Assembly (NCBI RefSeq): GCF_009914755.1
Contig: NC_060925.1
Reading direction: 5' to 3' (one strand)
DNA from: the human T2T-CHM13v2.0 reference genome, Homo sapiens
DNA length: 64,000 nucleotides
Numbering within the stretch: position 1 is the stretch's first letter; every line of letters begins with the position of its first letter. The position numbers and the translations under genes were made by a program. The notes under the pieces were generated by a model. It ran no database searches. It was given only the letters and a program-made list of their open reading frames with translations, and was not told the origin of the DNA. This document shows positions 13,275-33,003 of this stretch, piece by piece.

Positions 13275-15145
13275 TACCAGATGTCAAGGCAGCAAATGAT
13301 ATTAATTTTCCAAAAAAAATAGAAGCAAAGGGAATAATACTTCCTAACTCAATCTATGCAGCCAGCATGTCCTAATATCAAAACTAGATAAATATATTAC
13401 AAGAAAGGAAAACTACAGACCAATATCTCCTATTAACATGGACATACAATCCTCAACAAAACATTAGCAAATCAAATCCAACAGTTTATAAGAAAAATGC
13501 TCACAACAATCAGGTGAGATATGTTCTAGGTATGCAAGGCTGGTGTAACATTCAAAAATCAATTACTTAATCCATCACATCAACAGGTTAATGAATTAAA
13601 ATCATATGACCATGTCACTGGATACAGAAAAAGCATTTCACAAAATCCAACACACATCCGTAATAAAAATTCTCAACAAATAGGGAATAGAAGGGAACCT
13701 CAGCTTGATGAAGAACATCTACAAAACAATCTACAACTAACATCATACTTAAGGATGAGAAACTGGACGTTTTTCCCCTAAGATTGAGAATAAGGCAAGG
13801 ATGTCACATCTCACCCATCCTTTTCAACATTGTACAGGAAGTCCTAGCTAGTATATTGGCAAGAAAAAAATATATAGGCTACATAGATAGGGAGAAAAGA
13901 GACAAAACTGTCTGTTTGCAGATGACATCAAAGTCTATATACAAAACCCCAAAGAATCAACAAAAACATCTGTTGCAGGATACAAGGTTAATATATAAAA
14001 GTAAATAGCTTTCTCTTACAGGCAATGAACAATTTGAATTTGAAGTGAAAAACACACCACCATTTAAAACAGCGCCAAAAAAAGTTAAATATAAATCTAA
14101 CAAAATATGTACAAGGTCTCTATATGTGGGAAACTACAAAACTATAATGAAATAAATCAATGAAGGTCTAAATAAATGGAGATATATTTTGTGTTCATAG
14201 GTTGAAGATACAATATTAAGATAACAATTATTCTTAACTTGATATATAGAATCAATGCAATTCCAATCAAAATCCCAGCAAACATTTTTTATATTGACAA
14301 TCTGAATCTAAAGTTTATACAGAAAGGCAAAAACCCCAAAATAACCAATACATCATTGAAGAACACATTAGAAGCACCGATATTATCCAAGATTAAGACT
14401 TGTTTTAAGATACAGTGAACAAGACAGAGTGGTATTGGAGAAAGGGCTGACACCTTTATCAATGGAATAGAAAAGAAAGCCCAGAAGCTGACCCCTCAAA
14501 TATACTCAACTGATCACTGACAAAGGAGCAAGGCAATTCAATGGAAAATGGATAGTCTTTTTAACAAATGATGCTGGAACAGTTGGTTGTCAATATACAA
14601 AAAAAAGTAAATCTAGGAATAGTGCTTATACCTTCTGCAAAACCTAATGGGTCATTTGCATAAATATAAAAAGCAAAACTATAAAATATTTGGAAGCCAA
14701 ATTATGAAAAAAAATCTAGGAAACGAGTTTGAAATGAGTTTTTAGATACAACACCAACAGTACAATCCATATATATATGCTGTATTTTTTAAAGCTAAAA
14801 TCTTCTGTTCTATGAAAGACACTGTTAGGAGAATGAAAAGACAAGACACAGATGGGGAGAAAATATTTTCAAACGATATATCTGATTAAGGACTTTCATC
14901 CAAATATACAAAGAACTTTTAAAATTTAAGAATGAAGTTTTAAAATGAGCAAAGGATATGAACAGACACATCACCAAAGAAGATATACAGATGTCAAATA
15001 TGCTTAATAAAAGATGCTCAACATCATTTGTCATTAGAAAATTGTAAATTAAAACAACAATAAGAATATAATTCAGCAATAAAAATAAAAGAAAATTGTA
15101 AATTATAACAAAAATAAGAATATAATTCAGCAATAAAAATAAATG
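13275..15145 (+). mobile_element. L1MC-type ORF2 remnant
   Basis: ORF 13784 (RIRQGCHISPILFNIVQEVLA) is the L1 RT motif; many stops and frameshifts. Confidence 0.85.
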
Positions 15146-15169
15146 TTAACAAGTCATATTTTGTGGCTT

Positions 15170-18645
<3,476 letters not shown>

Positions 18646-18680
18646 ATATATATATTCCCTGACATAGAGTTTTAAATGTA

Positions 18681-19043
18681 CAGATGGACCCCAATTAACA
18701 ATAGCTCAACTTATGAGCTTTTTTACTTTATGATGATGCTAAAAAGGTACATTCAGTAGCAACCATACTTCCAGTACCATACAACTATTCTGTTTTTCAC
18801 TTTCAGCACAATATTCAGTAAATTACATGAGCTATTCAATACTTTATTATGAAATCGGTATTGTGATAGACGATTTTGCCCAACTGTAGGCTAACGTAAG
18901 TGGTCTAGACTACTGTAGTCTATGCCAAGCTATGATGTCTGGTAGGTTAGGCATTTACTATAAATTCATTTTATGACCTAGGATATTTTCCATTGTGATG
19001 GGATTACCAGGATATAACCCCATTGTAAGTTGAGGAGCATCTG
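18681..19043 (-). mobile_element. Tigger3a (MER7A) DNA transposon
   Basis: TA|CAGATG...CATCTG|TA termini with TA TSD; internal match to the copies at 33.5 and 58.6 kb. Confidence 0.88.
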
Positions 19044-19389
19044 TATATTTCAAAGTGAAAGAAATCTGAATACTCACATGATGTATTATTCCAATTATAT
19101 TACATTATAGAAAAGACACAACTATGGAGTTAAAATGTCAGGGAGTGCTAGAAATTAGAGAGAAGAGAGATAAATACGTGAAGCACAGGGTGCTTTGGGG
19201 GCAGTGAAACCATTCTGTATGATACAGTAAGGGTAGATACATGACATTATCTATTTGTCAAAACCTGTAGAACTTTATAGCATACAGAGTGATCCTTAGT
19301 GGGAGTAAATTAAAATAAAAATCATTTAGGAGGTGAGGGGATCCCAAGAAATAATGCAGACTGTGATCTGTGATGAAAATCATCTACTC

Positions 19390-19887
<498 letters not shown>

Positions 19888-21114
19888 CTAAATGGATGGC
19901 AGATTGTGTAAGCCAGGTTTCTTGCTGTTGGAGTAGAAATTTACGTATTGGCCAGGGAGGAGGCTAGAATGATTTATGTAGTAATGGATTAGAGCAAGAG
20001 ACATCAGTAAGAGCTCATATTTAACTTAATATAGATACAGATGATTACAATATAGAAATGTTTATAAGTATGTATATACATATGGGTTAGTATACATGTA
20101 CATTTATTTGCTCTGTCAGCTTAGAAGACCTAGAATAATTGACACTCCAGTAACAAGAATACTCACAGCCTGGACATTGATTTCCAATACCATTCTCCAA
20201 CAAGAGGAACCTAAGCTCCTTGGAGAAATTGAGAATTATAGAACTGAGGCAGAAAATATACAAGATGGACCTGGAGCACCTTAAAGTACCAAAAAGTAAG
20301 CAAGTGAACAAAAGCAAACAAACAAAATGCATTGATAGATGTATGTCCAAAGGGCACATGAACCAACGGAAAGAGCTCCCAATAGCCAAAGCTGGAGCAC
20401 TTTGAGGAAGAGAATAAAGCAGTAATGGATTGCAACCCAATGTATGCATAAATTTCTATGAGTCTGTATCGATATAAATAAATTGTTAAATAAATTAATA
20501 ATTATGGGAAAAGAGATAAATTACCTATGCAGAAAATTTTCTAATAATCATATAGCTATCCTACCTTAAATAAGACAGAGCGTTAACTCCATGGGATGGG
20601 CATAGTAACTTCCTTATGAAGAGTACAGAATGAAAAGTTTGGGGGAAATAACTTTATAGTGCAGAAACCTGACAAACACTGCTTTAGCCAGGTGATCATA
20701 ATCAAGATTAACAGTTATAAATCATGTTGATAGTGTATGCCCTTGAGATGGCATAAGAAGGGCACTTTACCTCTGTAATCTTTCTCCAGAAAGGCCATAA
20801 CCACAGTTTAATCATGAGAAAAAGATCGGACACATTCCAATAAATTGTCATTCTACAATATGAGTATATCTGGCCAGCAGTCCTCAAAACTGTCAAGGTC
20901 TGAGAAACTGTCACAACCAAGGGAAGCCTAAAAATACCTAACAACTTAATGTAATATAGCATCCTGGATGGGATCCTGGGACAGAAAAATCACATTAGGT
21001 GAAAACTAAGGAAACCTGAATACAATATGGACTTTAGTTAATAATAATGTAGCAATATTGATTCATTGATTGTGACAAATACACTAAACTAATATGCTAA
21101 TAATGGTAGAAACT

Positions 21115-21779
21115 GCTGGGTATCATAAATTCATTTAATGTAATTGCTGTCTCAGCACCCATTTTTAAGCCCAACATAAGTTTTTTGAAACCCAGTTGTA
21201 CCTCATCACCTTTGGCCTAATTAAAACTTCCCCTTCCCATGTTTTTTTTTGTTTGTTTTTTGTTTTTTGTTTTTTGTTTTTGTAATATAACCCACTGTTC
21301 CTCATCCTACTGACCAAAAACTCGGCACACCCTAAAGCTGCTGAGCAGTGCGAAAATTTAAGAGTCAATACAAGAACGTAAATAAGTTCCTTCTTGGTAT
21401 GTGTATCTATTAAACTAGCCAATCCACAACCCTCAAGGGAAAACCTAAGGGATAACACTCATGGACTTTAATAAAGGTGTAGTCCCACAGATGCCTTCTC
21501 TCTTATTCTCACTCCTCACTACTGGTTGAGTTTTGAACTTCCTCTTGGTCTCTTGTTGGCCCCCCTAACCTCTCTGGGACCTGTGAGTAATAAATTTTTG
21601 GTTTCATGCATATTGGTTTCACTTCCTCATTGTGTCTCACCTGACCAACACACCTGAATCTAACATTTTCCCCTGGTCAGGGCTCTCCTGGTAAGTGGTT
21701 ATCAGGTCTTATGACCACTCTTATGTGGTAGACCTCAAAACCAAATTAGAAAGAAACCATAACAATACAAGTCACAACA
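21115..21779 (+). mobile_element. ERVL solo LTR (MER73-like)
   Basis: tg...aca termini, agccaatcc, ctgtgagtaataaa, cctggtcagggctctcct; interrupts the L1MC 3' end. Confidence 0.65.
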
Positions 21780-21870
21780 AGGAGAAAGGGGGAATACACA
21801 GGAACTCTCTGTGCTATCTTTATCATTGTTTCTGTAAATCTTAAACTGAAGATTTATAAAATAAAACAAA

Positions 21871-23674
<1,804 letters not shown>

Positions 23675-23814
23675 AATAAAATGAATTTTTAATGAATATA
23701 TTAATTGTAAGAAAGCTGATAATAGTGGAGAGAAGAATAGTTTGTCAGAGAGACAGAAAAGACTGGAGCACTTACTTTTCCCTGTGGATCCAGCTGCCAT
23801 AACAGTTTCAACAT

Positions 23815-24292
23815 TGTAAGAACAGCTGTGAGAAGCAAAAGGAACCTCATTATCTCTACCAATTGCATGAGTCAGGTGAGATAGAACAGTCTTACAACAA
23901 ATTCATCAAAGGAGATTTATACTCACAGATAGGAAACAAGGATAAACAAAAGCCTAGACTCCATGGAGAGCTAGTCCACCAAGGTTCAGGAAGGCTGCGT
24001 AAGTTGGATGGAGCATTGTCTGCTCATGCCCCACATCATACCACAGCTGAGGGACTCTGAAAGCACTCCACCCTGAGTGTATATACACTGTACATGACTA
24101 AACTTGCTGAGCACAAACATTAAAAAACTTCCTGTTCTCAGAGGAATGAGGATACAGCCTGGGTTATTCCAGACACATCGCCCTTATCTCAGGTTATCAC
24201 TTTCTCAGTACATTCTGCAGTTATTCCATGGACTGCAAGTGGGAGGAGGAAGAGCTGGTTTGGCTAAGGCTCTCTGAGAACCTGTCCTCATA
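23815..24292 (-). mobile_element. MER76-like ERVL solo LTR
   Basis: Ends ...ggctctctgagaacctgtcctcata; cccttatctcagg...cattctgcagttatt. Confidence 0.7.
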
Positions 24293-24669
24293 GAACCCCT
24301 ACATAGGACTCCCCCAAAATGAATCATACCATTTTAGGAATAGAATCAGCTTTGGTAATCAGGATTCTCCGAAGAAGGTAGTGAAATCAGCTATTAGAGA
24401 GAGTTTAAGAGGAATTTTCATGCTAAGCAGGAAATTGAAAATTCCTTTATAGAGGTCTTTGATTCACAGTAAAGTCTATGGCTAGGAGACTGAGTTAAAT
24501 CCACTGATTCATAAGATTGTAACTTAAACTCTGTTTTCTTTAGTACCAGAAATTAACCAATTGCTTTATCCAAAAAAAGAACTTAATGATTATTTACTAA
24601 GGAAAAGGAAATTCCTTATAAAGGTATTATAGAGGATTTACACTAATGGTGTCTACTACATTTTTGTTT

Positions 24670-24860
24670 ACTGTATGCCAAGCATGATTCTAAATGCTAT
24701 ACATTTAATATCTGATTAAATCATCATAACAATCATTTAAGGTATGACACTATCCCCATTTTACAGATGCAAAAACTGGAACCAAAAAATGTTTTTTTTT
24801 AACCCACAAAACTAATAAATGGAAAAGCCAAAATTTGAACACCAATGGTCTAATCACGGA
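24670..24860 (-). mobile_element. MIR SINE
   Basis: tatccccattttacagatgcaaaaactgga. Confidence 0.7.
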
Positions 24861-25269
24861 TTATAACTTCATGCATTATAGCTTTTCATGCATTTTTGTA
24901 ATGAATTTCTTGTTTCACTGATATGTATCTATTATAATATAATGCAAGTTTAAAAGGGAAAATAAGAAACTATCTCAGCATCTGAATCCCTGTCTGCTTG
25001 CTCTTTTGACAACCTTCATTAATCTTTCAGAATATTCCTCCTCATTATAGAATTTTTCAATTAACTAGCATGAATATAGAGAGGTGTCTTCACTAAATGA
25101 AGTTTATTTATACTTGTAGGGTTACAATGCAATATGGCAAAATGATCTTTAGCATCCATCAACTCTAACCCTACAAGATAAAGTATTCTATCTACTAGAA
25201 AAGAGAGAAATATCTTTCATAAACAAAAGTTAACAGCTTCCTTTGTTTTTAACAAAGAAGGCTGAACTT

Positions 25270-25700
25270 GTGATTATATATTTAGGAATCTATTTTAAAG
25301 AAATAATCAGAAATATGGACAAAGATTTATTTAAAAGATATTATTTACAATAATGAAAATTGAAAATTATCTAAATGCTCCCAGGAAAGAGTAATGATCA
25401 AATTAAGAGTAATGAACCTACAAATAGATTTTCATCCAACCACTGAAAATTGTATTTTGAAAAATAGTTAATGTCACCAGAATATGCTCATTATATAATA
25501 CTGGGGGAAAGGACCCCAATTTTTTAAAAAATGAATTAGAAGCATACCTTCCAAAATATTATCAGTAATTTTATCTTGGCAGTATGATTTGATTAGAGGT
25601 GATTTTAATATTCTTCTTGGTGCTTCTGTTTTCCAAAAAATGTATAAGCATAATATGATTTTATAATAAAAAATTTTTATAAAAGTTTTGTGGTTGCTTT
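25270..25700 (+). mobile_element. L1ME 3' fragment
   Basis: aggaatctattttaaagaaataatcag...aaattgaaaattatctaaatg. Confidence 0.5.
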
Positions 25701-25814
25701 TTGAAAAAAATAAGAGAATTTTTACACATTGTTCTGGAAATGATGAGTACATGTATGGAGCATTATACTAAAATGTATTTTAACATACTGTTTAATTACT
25801 AAAAGAAATCTATC

Positions 25815-26225
25815 AGGCTTCCACTTTCAGGCAAGATCCAGTAACGTAGACTGGATTTGCCCCTTTGCCTGAAGCAATGAAAAACTGGGTAAAATACATG
25901 AAACAATGGTTTTCAAGACACTGGAGGCATCAGACAATGAGGGACAATAATCTCCGAGGGACAATTCAAAAGATATAATTCTTACAATTGTCCCAGCTTA
26001 CTGCCTTGAGAAGTTTCCAAAGCCTGGCACCGGGTGAATGGGGAAAAGCCCAGTCAGAGAATAATGATTCTCTGAGGTGAAAGTATAGATTTGGGAGTCC
26101 AGGGATATCAAAAAAGCTAAAGTTCACAGGAAAAGTCACTGAAAAAGAAATCTGCAGAGAGGGAACTCGAGATCAACAATGTGTGAGGAAGCTACCTGAG
26201 ACCTAAGACAGAACCACCCTGCAGT
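25815..26225 (+). mobile_element. L1ME-type 5' end
   Basis: cttccactttcaggcaagat...aaatacatgaaacaatggttttcaagacactgg. Confidence 0.6.
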
Positions 26226-26227
26226 AT

Positions 26228-26680
26228 TGCGCAGACTCTAGGATGAAAACCATGATCCTCACCTCTAGATATTCACAACTTTGTTTAATCCTCTCTCTCT
26301 GAGTGTGAGAAGGACCTGTGACTCACTTCTGATCAATAGAACACAGCAAAGGTAAAAGGATGTATGTGATTACATATATTACATAAGATTGTAGCATCAT
26401 TGTTACTAAAAGACATTCTTCCTTGCTGGCTTGGAATAATCAAACTGCCAAATTTGTGAGCTACCATATGGAGTAGGCCACACAGAAAAGGGCTTCCAGC
26501 CAACAGCCGACAAGAAATTGAGCCACTTGCCCTGCAACCGTGAAAAAAACTAAATACTTTTACAAACCATGTGAGTTTGGATCTGAATTTGAAAGCAGAT
26601 ACTTCCTGATTTGAGCCTCATGTCATACCACAGCCCAAGCCAAAACCTTGATTCCAGTCTTGTGATATTCTGAAAGAAAA
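26228..26680 (+). mobile_element. MLT1 (E/G-like) MaLR LTR
   Basis: gagtgtgagaaggacctgtgactcacttctgatcaatagaa...ttccagccaacagcc. Confidence 0.75.
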
Positions 26681-27065
26681 AGTGAAGCTTTAAAAAAAAC
26701 AAGTGCTATCTAGTCTCCTGATATTGCACTATCTTCAAGTTAAATCTTTGGCCCTTACAATCAGCTTGATGAGCAAGGGCTCCATGTACCTCCACTTCCC
26801 CAGTTAAAAGTTAATATGGTCCAATATAAATAAAACAGAGTTTTTAAGGGTTAAAAATCCATTAAACTAGACCTATTTAGAGAACAGAATGAAAGACACT
26901 GATTTCACCATTCAGAGTATACAATATTGGGCTCTTGAATAAAGCATTTAATATAACTTTCACCACCCTTAGCAGATACAGGTTGCAGGTCTCATAAGTG
27001 CCGTAATGACTTACTTAAGTGAACATGATACATTTCAATCATCAGAGAAACATCAAGAGTGAATT

Positions 27066-27477
27066 ACGGTAAATGGTCCAATTCCATTTTTATTTATGTC
27101 TGACTATTTACAACTTTCTTTTAAATCCCATTCCTCCTTCATCCCCTATTACCCCACTGTGAGCAAGCCCATGTGTTCCCCCAACCGCCACCACCATGCT
27201 GCTTAAAGCAGGCAAGCCCCAGCCTGAGTGCAGGAGCCCTCATTCCAACCCCACTTTCTAACCACAATAAAACTCAAAGCCAGTTATCCCTTCTTTGCTC
27301 TCTAAAGACATTTTCAGACCTGCTTAAGAGCCTGCCCTGTGCTCCTCACAAAGGCTCATTATATGAATAACAAATATCTTCATATCCTCTTGCTGCACTT
27401 GTGGCATCATCAGTCTCAAAATCCAAACCAAATTGTGGGTGTGGAGTTGAGACTATCTCCTGTGGGATGATCATAAT
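27066..27477 (+). mobile_element. LTR41-like ERVL solo LTR
   Basis: accacaataaaactcaaagccag...gtggcatcatcagtctc...ccaaaccaaatt. Confidence 0.6.
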
Positions 27478-27479
27478 GG

Positions 27480-28215
27480 GCACTGAGCCATTATTCCTAA
27501 AATTAGTAAACAGAAAGAAAGAATCAAACATTCATGCTGCCTTTCTGTATCAATTATATTCTCAGGTAACAAATTGCAGACAAAATGAAAGAATGAGAAA
27601 AATCATCATATTGCAACCTATTGGAATACTGAGTTTAGGTAACAATCATCCAATGACTGCTAAAACCATTAAGTAAAAGATTAATGGGCTGCTTTATGAT
27701 GGATTAAGCTGGAACTGTCTGAACTGACTGATAACTTGAATAGCCCCAGAAGAGAAACAACCAGCTCTATATGTCTCCTGACAGATGCAAGAAAAAGTAC
27801 ACAGCACCATCTGCTAAATTTTCTTAGTAAAATTGAAATATGCATCTAATCAAGACTTTCGATTAAACTATTAGCTAATAGAAAATGTGGTGGATAGAGG
27901 AATGTGTTAAATATCACCATAAAACTGAAATTCTGAAATCTGATATATGAAAATTCTCTGGACAAATCAACAGGTTTCTTTCAAATACAAATGGCATTTA
28001 AAATAAGAAAAGGAAGTATTACAGATTAAGACATTTTAGCCTATTGCAATGTGTGGACCTTGTTTGATCCTGATCTAAGCAAATAACTTATAAAGATTGT
28101 TTTCTGGCAATCAAGAAAATTTGTACACAGACTTGGTGTTAAATGATATTAAGAAATAATTGTTAAATATAGTAGATGTCATAATGATATGGTAATTATG
28201 TATGTTTTAAAAGAC
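27480..28215 (+). mobile_element. L1ME 3' UTR fragment
   Basis: gcaatgtgtggaccttgtttgatcctgat...tgatattaagaaataattgttaa. Confidence 0.65.
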
Positions 28216-28239
28216 TTATGTGTTAGACATCATGCAGAC

Positions 28240-29130
28240 TTGTAGATGAGGGGATGTAAGGCAAGGAAGGAGGCAGATGTTAGAGAACACGTGCCACTGG
28301 CAGATATTAATTCCTTGGCTGAGACCTAATGGAAATGGATAGGAAGGAGAGGAAAAGAGCATTCCATGCAAAACAAATAGCACATGGAACATACTGAAGA
28401 TCGGAAAGACCATAGTGTATCCAAGAAACTGAAAGACACAGTATAACGGTATTGCAGAGCCTGAAAGGGAACGTGGTAAATTGGAGAACTAAGAGGTCAC
28501 CGGAAGCCTCATCATGAAGAGCTTTGAACATTATGTTTAGGAGAAACAGAGACCATTGAAGAAGTTCAAGCAACAGAAAGACACCATGATGTTTTTGCTT
28601 TAGAAAAGTCACTTTGACTATAGTATGTGGAATAGAAAGGTAGAGTAAGATTGGAGACAAGGTGACAATAAGTAAAACGCTTTCCAATAGCAGATATATG
28701 AGGAAAGAGGAAGTATAATTGATGAGAAAATTGTTAATAATATAAGTGGAAAAGAACTGATGGGACATGGTGATTGTATGTTGGGGCAGAGTGTGAAAGG
28801 GAGAAAGTAGTTAAAGTTGATATCCAGGTTTCTAACCTGGGGAAATAGGGAGGAATTGTCTATAAGCTGAGAGAAGGAACATAGAGTGAAGAGCTGGTTT
28901 GGGAGCACAGATTAGTTTATTTGCAGCCTCACTGAATTTGAAATGTCTTCAACACACCTAACTGAAGAGATACCCAGGAGTCCTTTGGACATGAGTCAGA
29001 ATCTCAGGGCTATAACTTTGACTATCATCAACATATACAACATATACATCTTACTTAAAATTATAGAAAAGTGTGAGAAAGCCTTGAAAGAGTGTATAAG
29101 GAAAAGAAGAAAAGCTGATAAAGGAATCTT
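28240..29130 (-). mobile_element. L2 LINE fragment
   Basis: agagcattccatgca...ttttgctttagaaaagtcactttg...ccaggtttctaacctggg. Confidence 0.75.
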
Positions 29131-29319
29131 AAAAAAATCATCTAGTTCCAAAAGTCTTGCACTTAAAAACTATAACTATTCTGTCAAAATAACCAAGGGC
29201 AGATACTGTGTTTTGTATTTATGTGTTTGATTATTATTTTCAATTTGTTATGGACTATTTCAGAGATTCATAATTATTCTCTTTTCAAACCCCTTCTCCT
29301 ATCAAGTCACACATTTGCT

Positions 29320-31330
29320 GTTACTAATCATGCCACAAGGAACATTCTCACACATGTCTGCTTAGGCACAAGAGTTTTCTTAGGGTATATATGCAAAAGT
29401 AGAATTCCTAGGTGACAGGTGTATCAGAGTTCAGTTGTAGAAAGCAGAAACCACCTCAACCATTTTAAGCAGAAGGGGATCTGATATAGAGTATTAGGTG
29501 CTTGTAAAATCATTAAAGAGGCTGGCAGAGTCAGTTCCACACACCAAGGAATGACTCAGAATAATGCCACTAAATGAACTCAACAGGAGAATTCCACCTT
29601 TGCCACAAGCAGGAAGGTAAGAAGTCAGGAGGCCAATACTGTAGCTATTTAAGTTAAAGAATAAACTACTGTCACTGTGATCCCAGGATCAGGAAATCAC
29701 AGCCTCTGAACTATGACTACCTCTCAACTCTGATGAGTGACTTTACAGTCACTGCTGCTAGGACAAAAACAAAAACAATGTCTTTTGCCATAACTTTGCC
29801 TGCCAGCCATAACAAAGGTATAGGAATCGCCCCAAATCACTTCTGCCTTCAAAATATTGCCAAAATGCTTCTAACTAACAGAACATCATTTGCTTCCAGA
29901 GATCTAACTTCATAAAAGTTAGAGAAATGTTTATTTTTGGCCTTCAGTCTTTCACAAGACAGAATGGCATAGTTTCCACAGATATGGAAATAGATGCTGA
30001 GGCTCCTTTTTTGTATCCACTACATAGCATCCATGCATCTTAAACTTGACCACACATTGTGAAATAGATCTGCTATCTGGTTTCACCAGTATACTCTCAC
30101 CACCATGTAAGAGAATTCCCATTACTCAACATTCTTGCCAATGCTTGGTATTCTTTCTCTCTCTCTCTCTCTCTCTTTTTTTTTTTTTTTTTTTTTTGCA
30201 CTCTTCCCAATCTGATAGGTGCAAAATTATCTTATTCTGGTTTCAACATATATTTTTGATTACCATTTAGTATGAACATATTTTTAATTGTTTCTTGGCA
30301 ATGTAAACTTTCTCTTACGTTTAAATGTATTGTCCATTGTTTCCTATTGGGCTTTTAATTTGTTCTATATTAGTTATAGGAACTGTTTATAAATTCCACA
30401 TTCTAATCATCTCCTGCTTTTATGCATTGAAATTATCTTCTAGTCTATGACTTATATTTCATTTAACTTTTCTGTTGTTGTTTATAGCATCTCTTTTTCC
30501 TACACTTTTTTACATTTTAATTTTTTGTATAATCAAAATTAAATTTTTCTTTATATGCTCTCTGGATCCTATTAGTCATATTCCCCCTCTAGATGTATTA
30601 AAAGATATTTTCTAACAGAAATTCTTTACAACTTCTAAAAGATCTAAAGACTTAATTTGCACGGTAGGTTTTATTAATATGTCTAATAGTAACTTTTGGA
30701 TACGGCAAGAGGTAGGAGTCAAGTATATATTTTATTCAAGAGTTGTCTGAGCAACAGTTTTTATAACCAGATCCACCTTTCTCTCCTAATAGGTAATGTA
30801 ACCCTCTGTGATACATAAAATTTCTGAATATGATTCTGAAGTCCCTATTATAGCTTTTCTACCTATACACAAAAATGCCTTAATTACTTTATAATTTTTT
30901 TGTCTCAAAGTCTGTTTTATCAGATTTTAACATACTAGCTTCATTTTTTTTTTAAAATTATCTGTTCCACATTTAATTATTTTACTTCCAATTTTTCTAT
31001 TTCTGTTTAAACATGTGAGGTTTTTCCTTCAAATAACAGTAACGAGATTTTTTTTAATTCAAGTCTGATAATTTCTCTTTCAACTAACATAATAATCCAT
31101 TCACATTTATTGTGATTGTAGATATCTTTAGATATGTGCCTTATTTTGTTCTTTCTATTTGCCCTGATTTTTCTGTACTTTGGTATTTTGTTATTTCTTG
31201 CCTTCTTTTGGATTCATCAGCTTTAAATTTTATTATACCTGTTATTATTCCATTCCCCCTACCCTATTTCTTTGGGAGTTATTTCCTCCATTTTATTATT
31301 TTAGCATTCATAATCCCCTTTTAATTATTT
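29320..31330 (-). mobile_element. Old L1M antisense fragments (split by MLT1)
   Basis: tagggtatatatgcaaaagtagaatt ... tactctcaccaccatgtaagagaattcccatt...cttgccaatgcttggtatt; T-rich. Confidence 0.65.
29419..30025 (-). mobile_element. Old MLT1 (M/N-like) MaLR LTR
   Basis: gtgtatcagagttcagttgtagaaagcagaaaccacctcaaccattttaagcagaagggg. Confidence 0.55.
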
Positions 31331-31346
31331 GATGTGTGTAATAGAT

Positions 31347-32160
31347 TGTTAAAATGGGACGCTTTCTATTCTGGAGTTTCAGCTAAAACCCCAAGACCAC
31401 AACAAATAGATAAAAGTACCTTCCATATTCAAAAATAAGTGTGTTAGATCATTTAAGAACAGTCAGAAAAGTTAGAGACCCAAACTAGTTCTGCTACAGC
31501 ACAGGCCACCACCAGGCCATATAAGAAAAGGCTAAGGATTCATCAGAGGTAGGTTAGAAACTTCACTGGAAGGTATTGTCTCAGCAGTGCACTTTCTCTT
31601 TGTCTGTCTCCACCAAGCAAGTGAGGTGGGACTGGGGGATTCCGAGAAACGTTTGGAAACTGACTTGTACTACCTGGAGTTTGGAGATCACAAAGTAACT
31701 GGAACCTGACTCTCTCCTGGAGCAGTCTAGAAAGATGGGTGCTACGTGGGTCCACCCTGACAACAGGGCAAGTAGAGAGGGCTGCAGTGCAGCAAGTTGA
31801 CACTGGGTCTCAGAATACATGTAAAGACAGACATATTGTTTCTAAACAAACCCGTCTCACCTAAGAAACCCAGAAGGAGCAAAGTAACCTAATAGAGAAA
31901 ATTCTGTGTAGGATGAACTGTCAGAAATCAGGGCTTGAGACAGAGACATGATGCCTCAAGAGAGCATTTCCCATGTTAAAGCCTGAAGAGAAGGAGGTGG
32001 CCATGAAGAAAAGTCCCTGAGAAACTAACAAAATTGCCACTTTAGAGAAAGTGCCAACATTTATGTGTCTGCTACACAGAAGGCCCAACATTTAATTAAA
32101 GAGTGGAACCTAAAAAACGCTGGAACTAAAACCTAAAATGTGATGACAAATGTTTTAATA
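31347..32160. mobile_element. Possible ancient LTR (MamGyp/ERVL-like)
   Basis: Abrupt purine/GC-richer block starting tgttaaaatggga; family not firmly recognised. Confidence 0.25.
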
Positions 32161-32614
32161 CACTGAAGAACAGCAACTTACTCTAGCCAACATGAAAAAT
32201 GTGGCATAGTTCATCAGAATCTAATATTCTTACTATTTCTTCTTTCTGTTTGTCCTAGTTAGCTGCTGAAGGGTGTACCTCATAAGCTCTAAATATCAAA
32301 TACTATACAGACAATAAGGAGAAAGTTGTTTTTTTGCCAGTGTATTTTTCAAGGTTCTGCCAAGACACAGGAGATGAGCCTGAAAGCACTCCCTATCTCT
32401 TACCAGAGTGGGTCCCTCTCTCAGCTGATGATCTGCTTGCCACCCTGCAATTGGACTTTTCCCTGCCCTCCTCTAATCTTTGACTCCCCAGCTCCTGGAT
32501 CTCCCACTGCAGCACATGACCCAGAAACAAGTCCTTAATTGGTTAATTTACCTATTATAAGAAGGCTGTTGTCAGGGAAGACATTATACCCAATAACCAA
32601 GAGCTGACTTTATC

Positions 32615-32912
32615 TTTTTTTTACTTTTTTTGACGGAGTCTGACTCTGTCGCCCAGGCTGGGGTGCAGTGGTGTGATCTCAGCTCACTGCAACCTCTGCC
32701 TCCAGAGTTCAAGTGATTCTCCTGCCTCAGCCTCCTGAGTAGCTGGGACTACAGACATGTGCCACCACATCCGGCTAATTTTTGTATTTTTTAGTATAGA
32801 CGTGGTTTCACTTTGCTGGCCAGGCTGGTCTCGAACTCCTGAACTTAGGTGAACCTCCTGCCTCAGCCTCCCAGAGTGCTAGGATTACAGGCGTGAGCCA
32901 CCACGCACAGCC
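32615..32912 (-). mobile_element. AluSx-type
   Basis: ggccaggctggtctcgaactcctga; TSD TGA(C/T)TTTATCTTT. Confidence 0.92.
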
Positions 32913-33003
32913 TTGATTTTATCTTTATGTTAATTACTCATATGATTTCAGACTGCAAGATATTGAACAAAATAAATGGGCAACTAAATAGGTGGTTGTA
33001 TTA

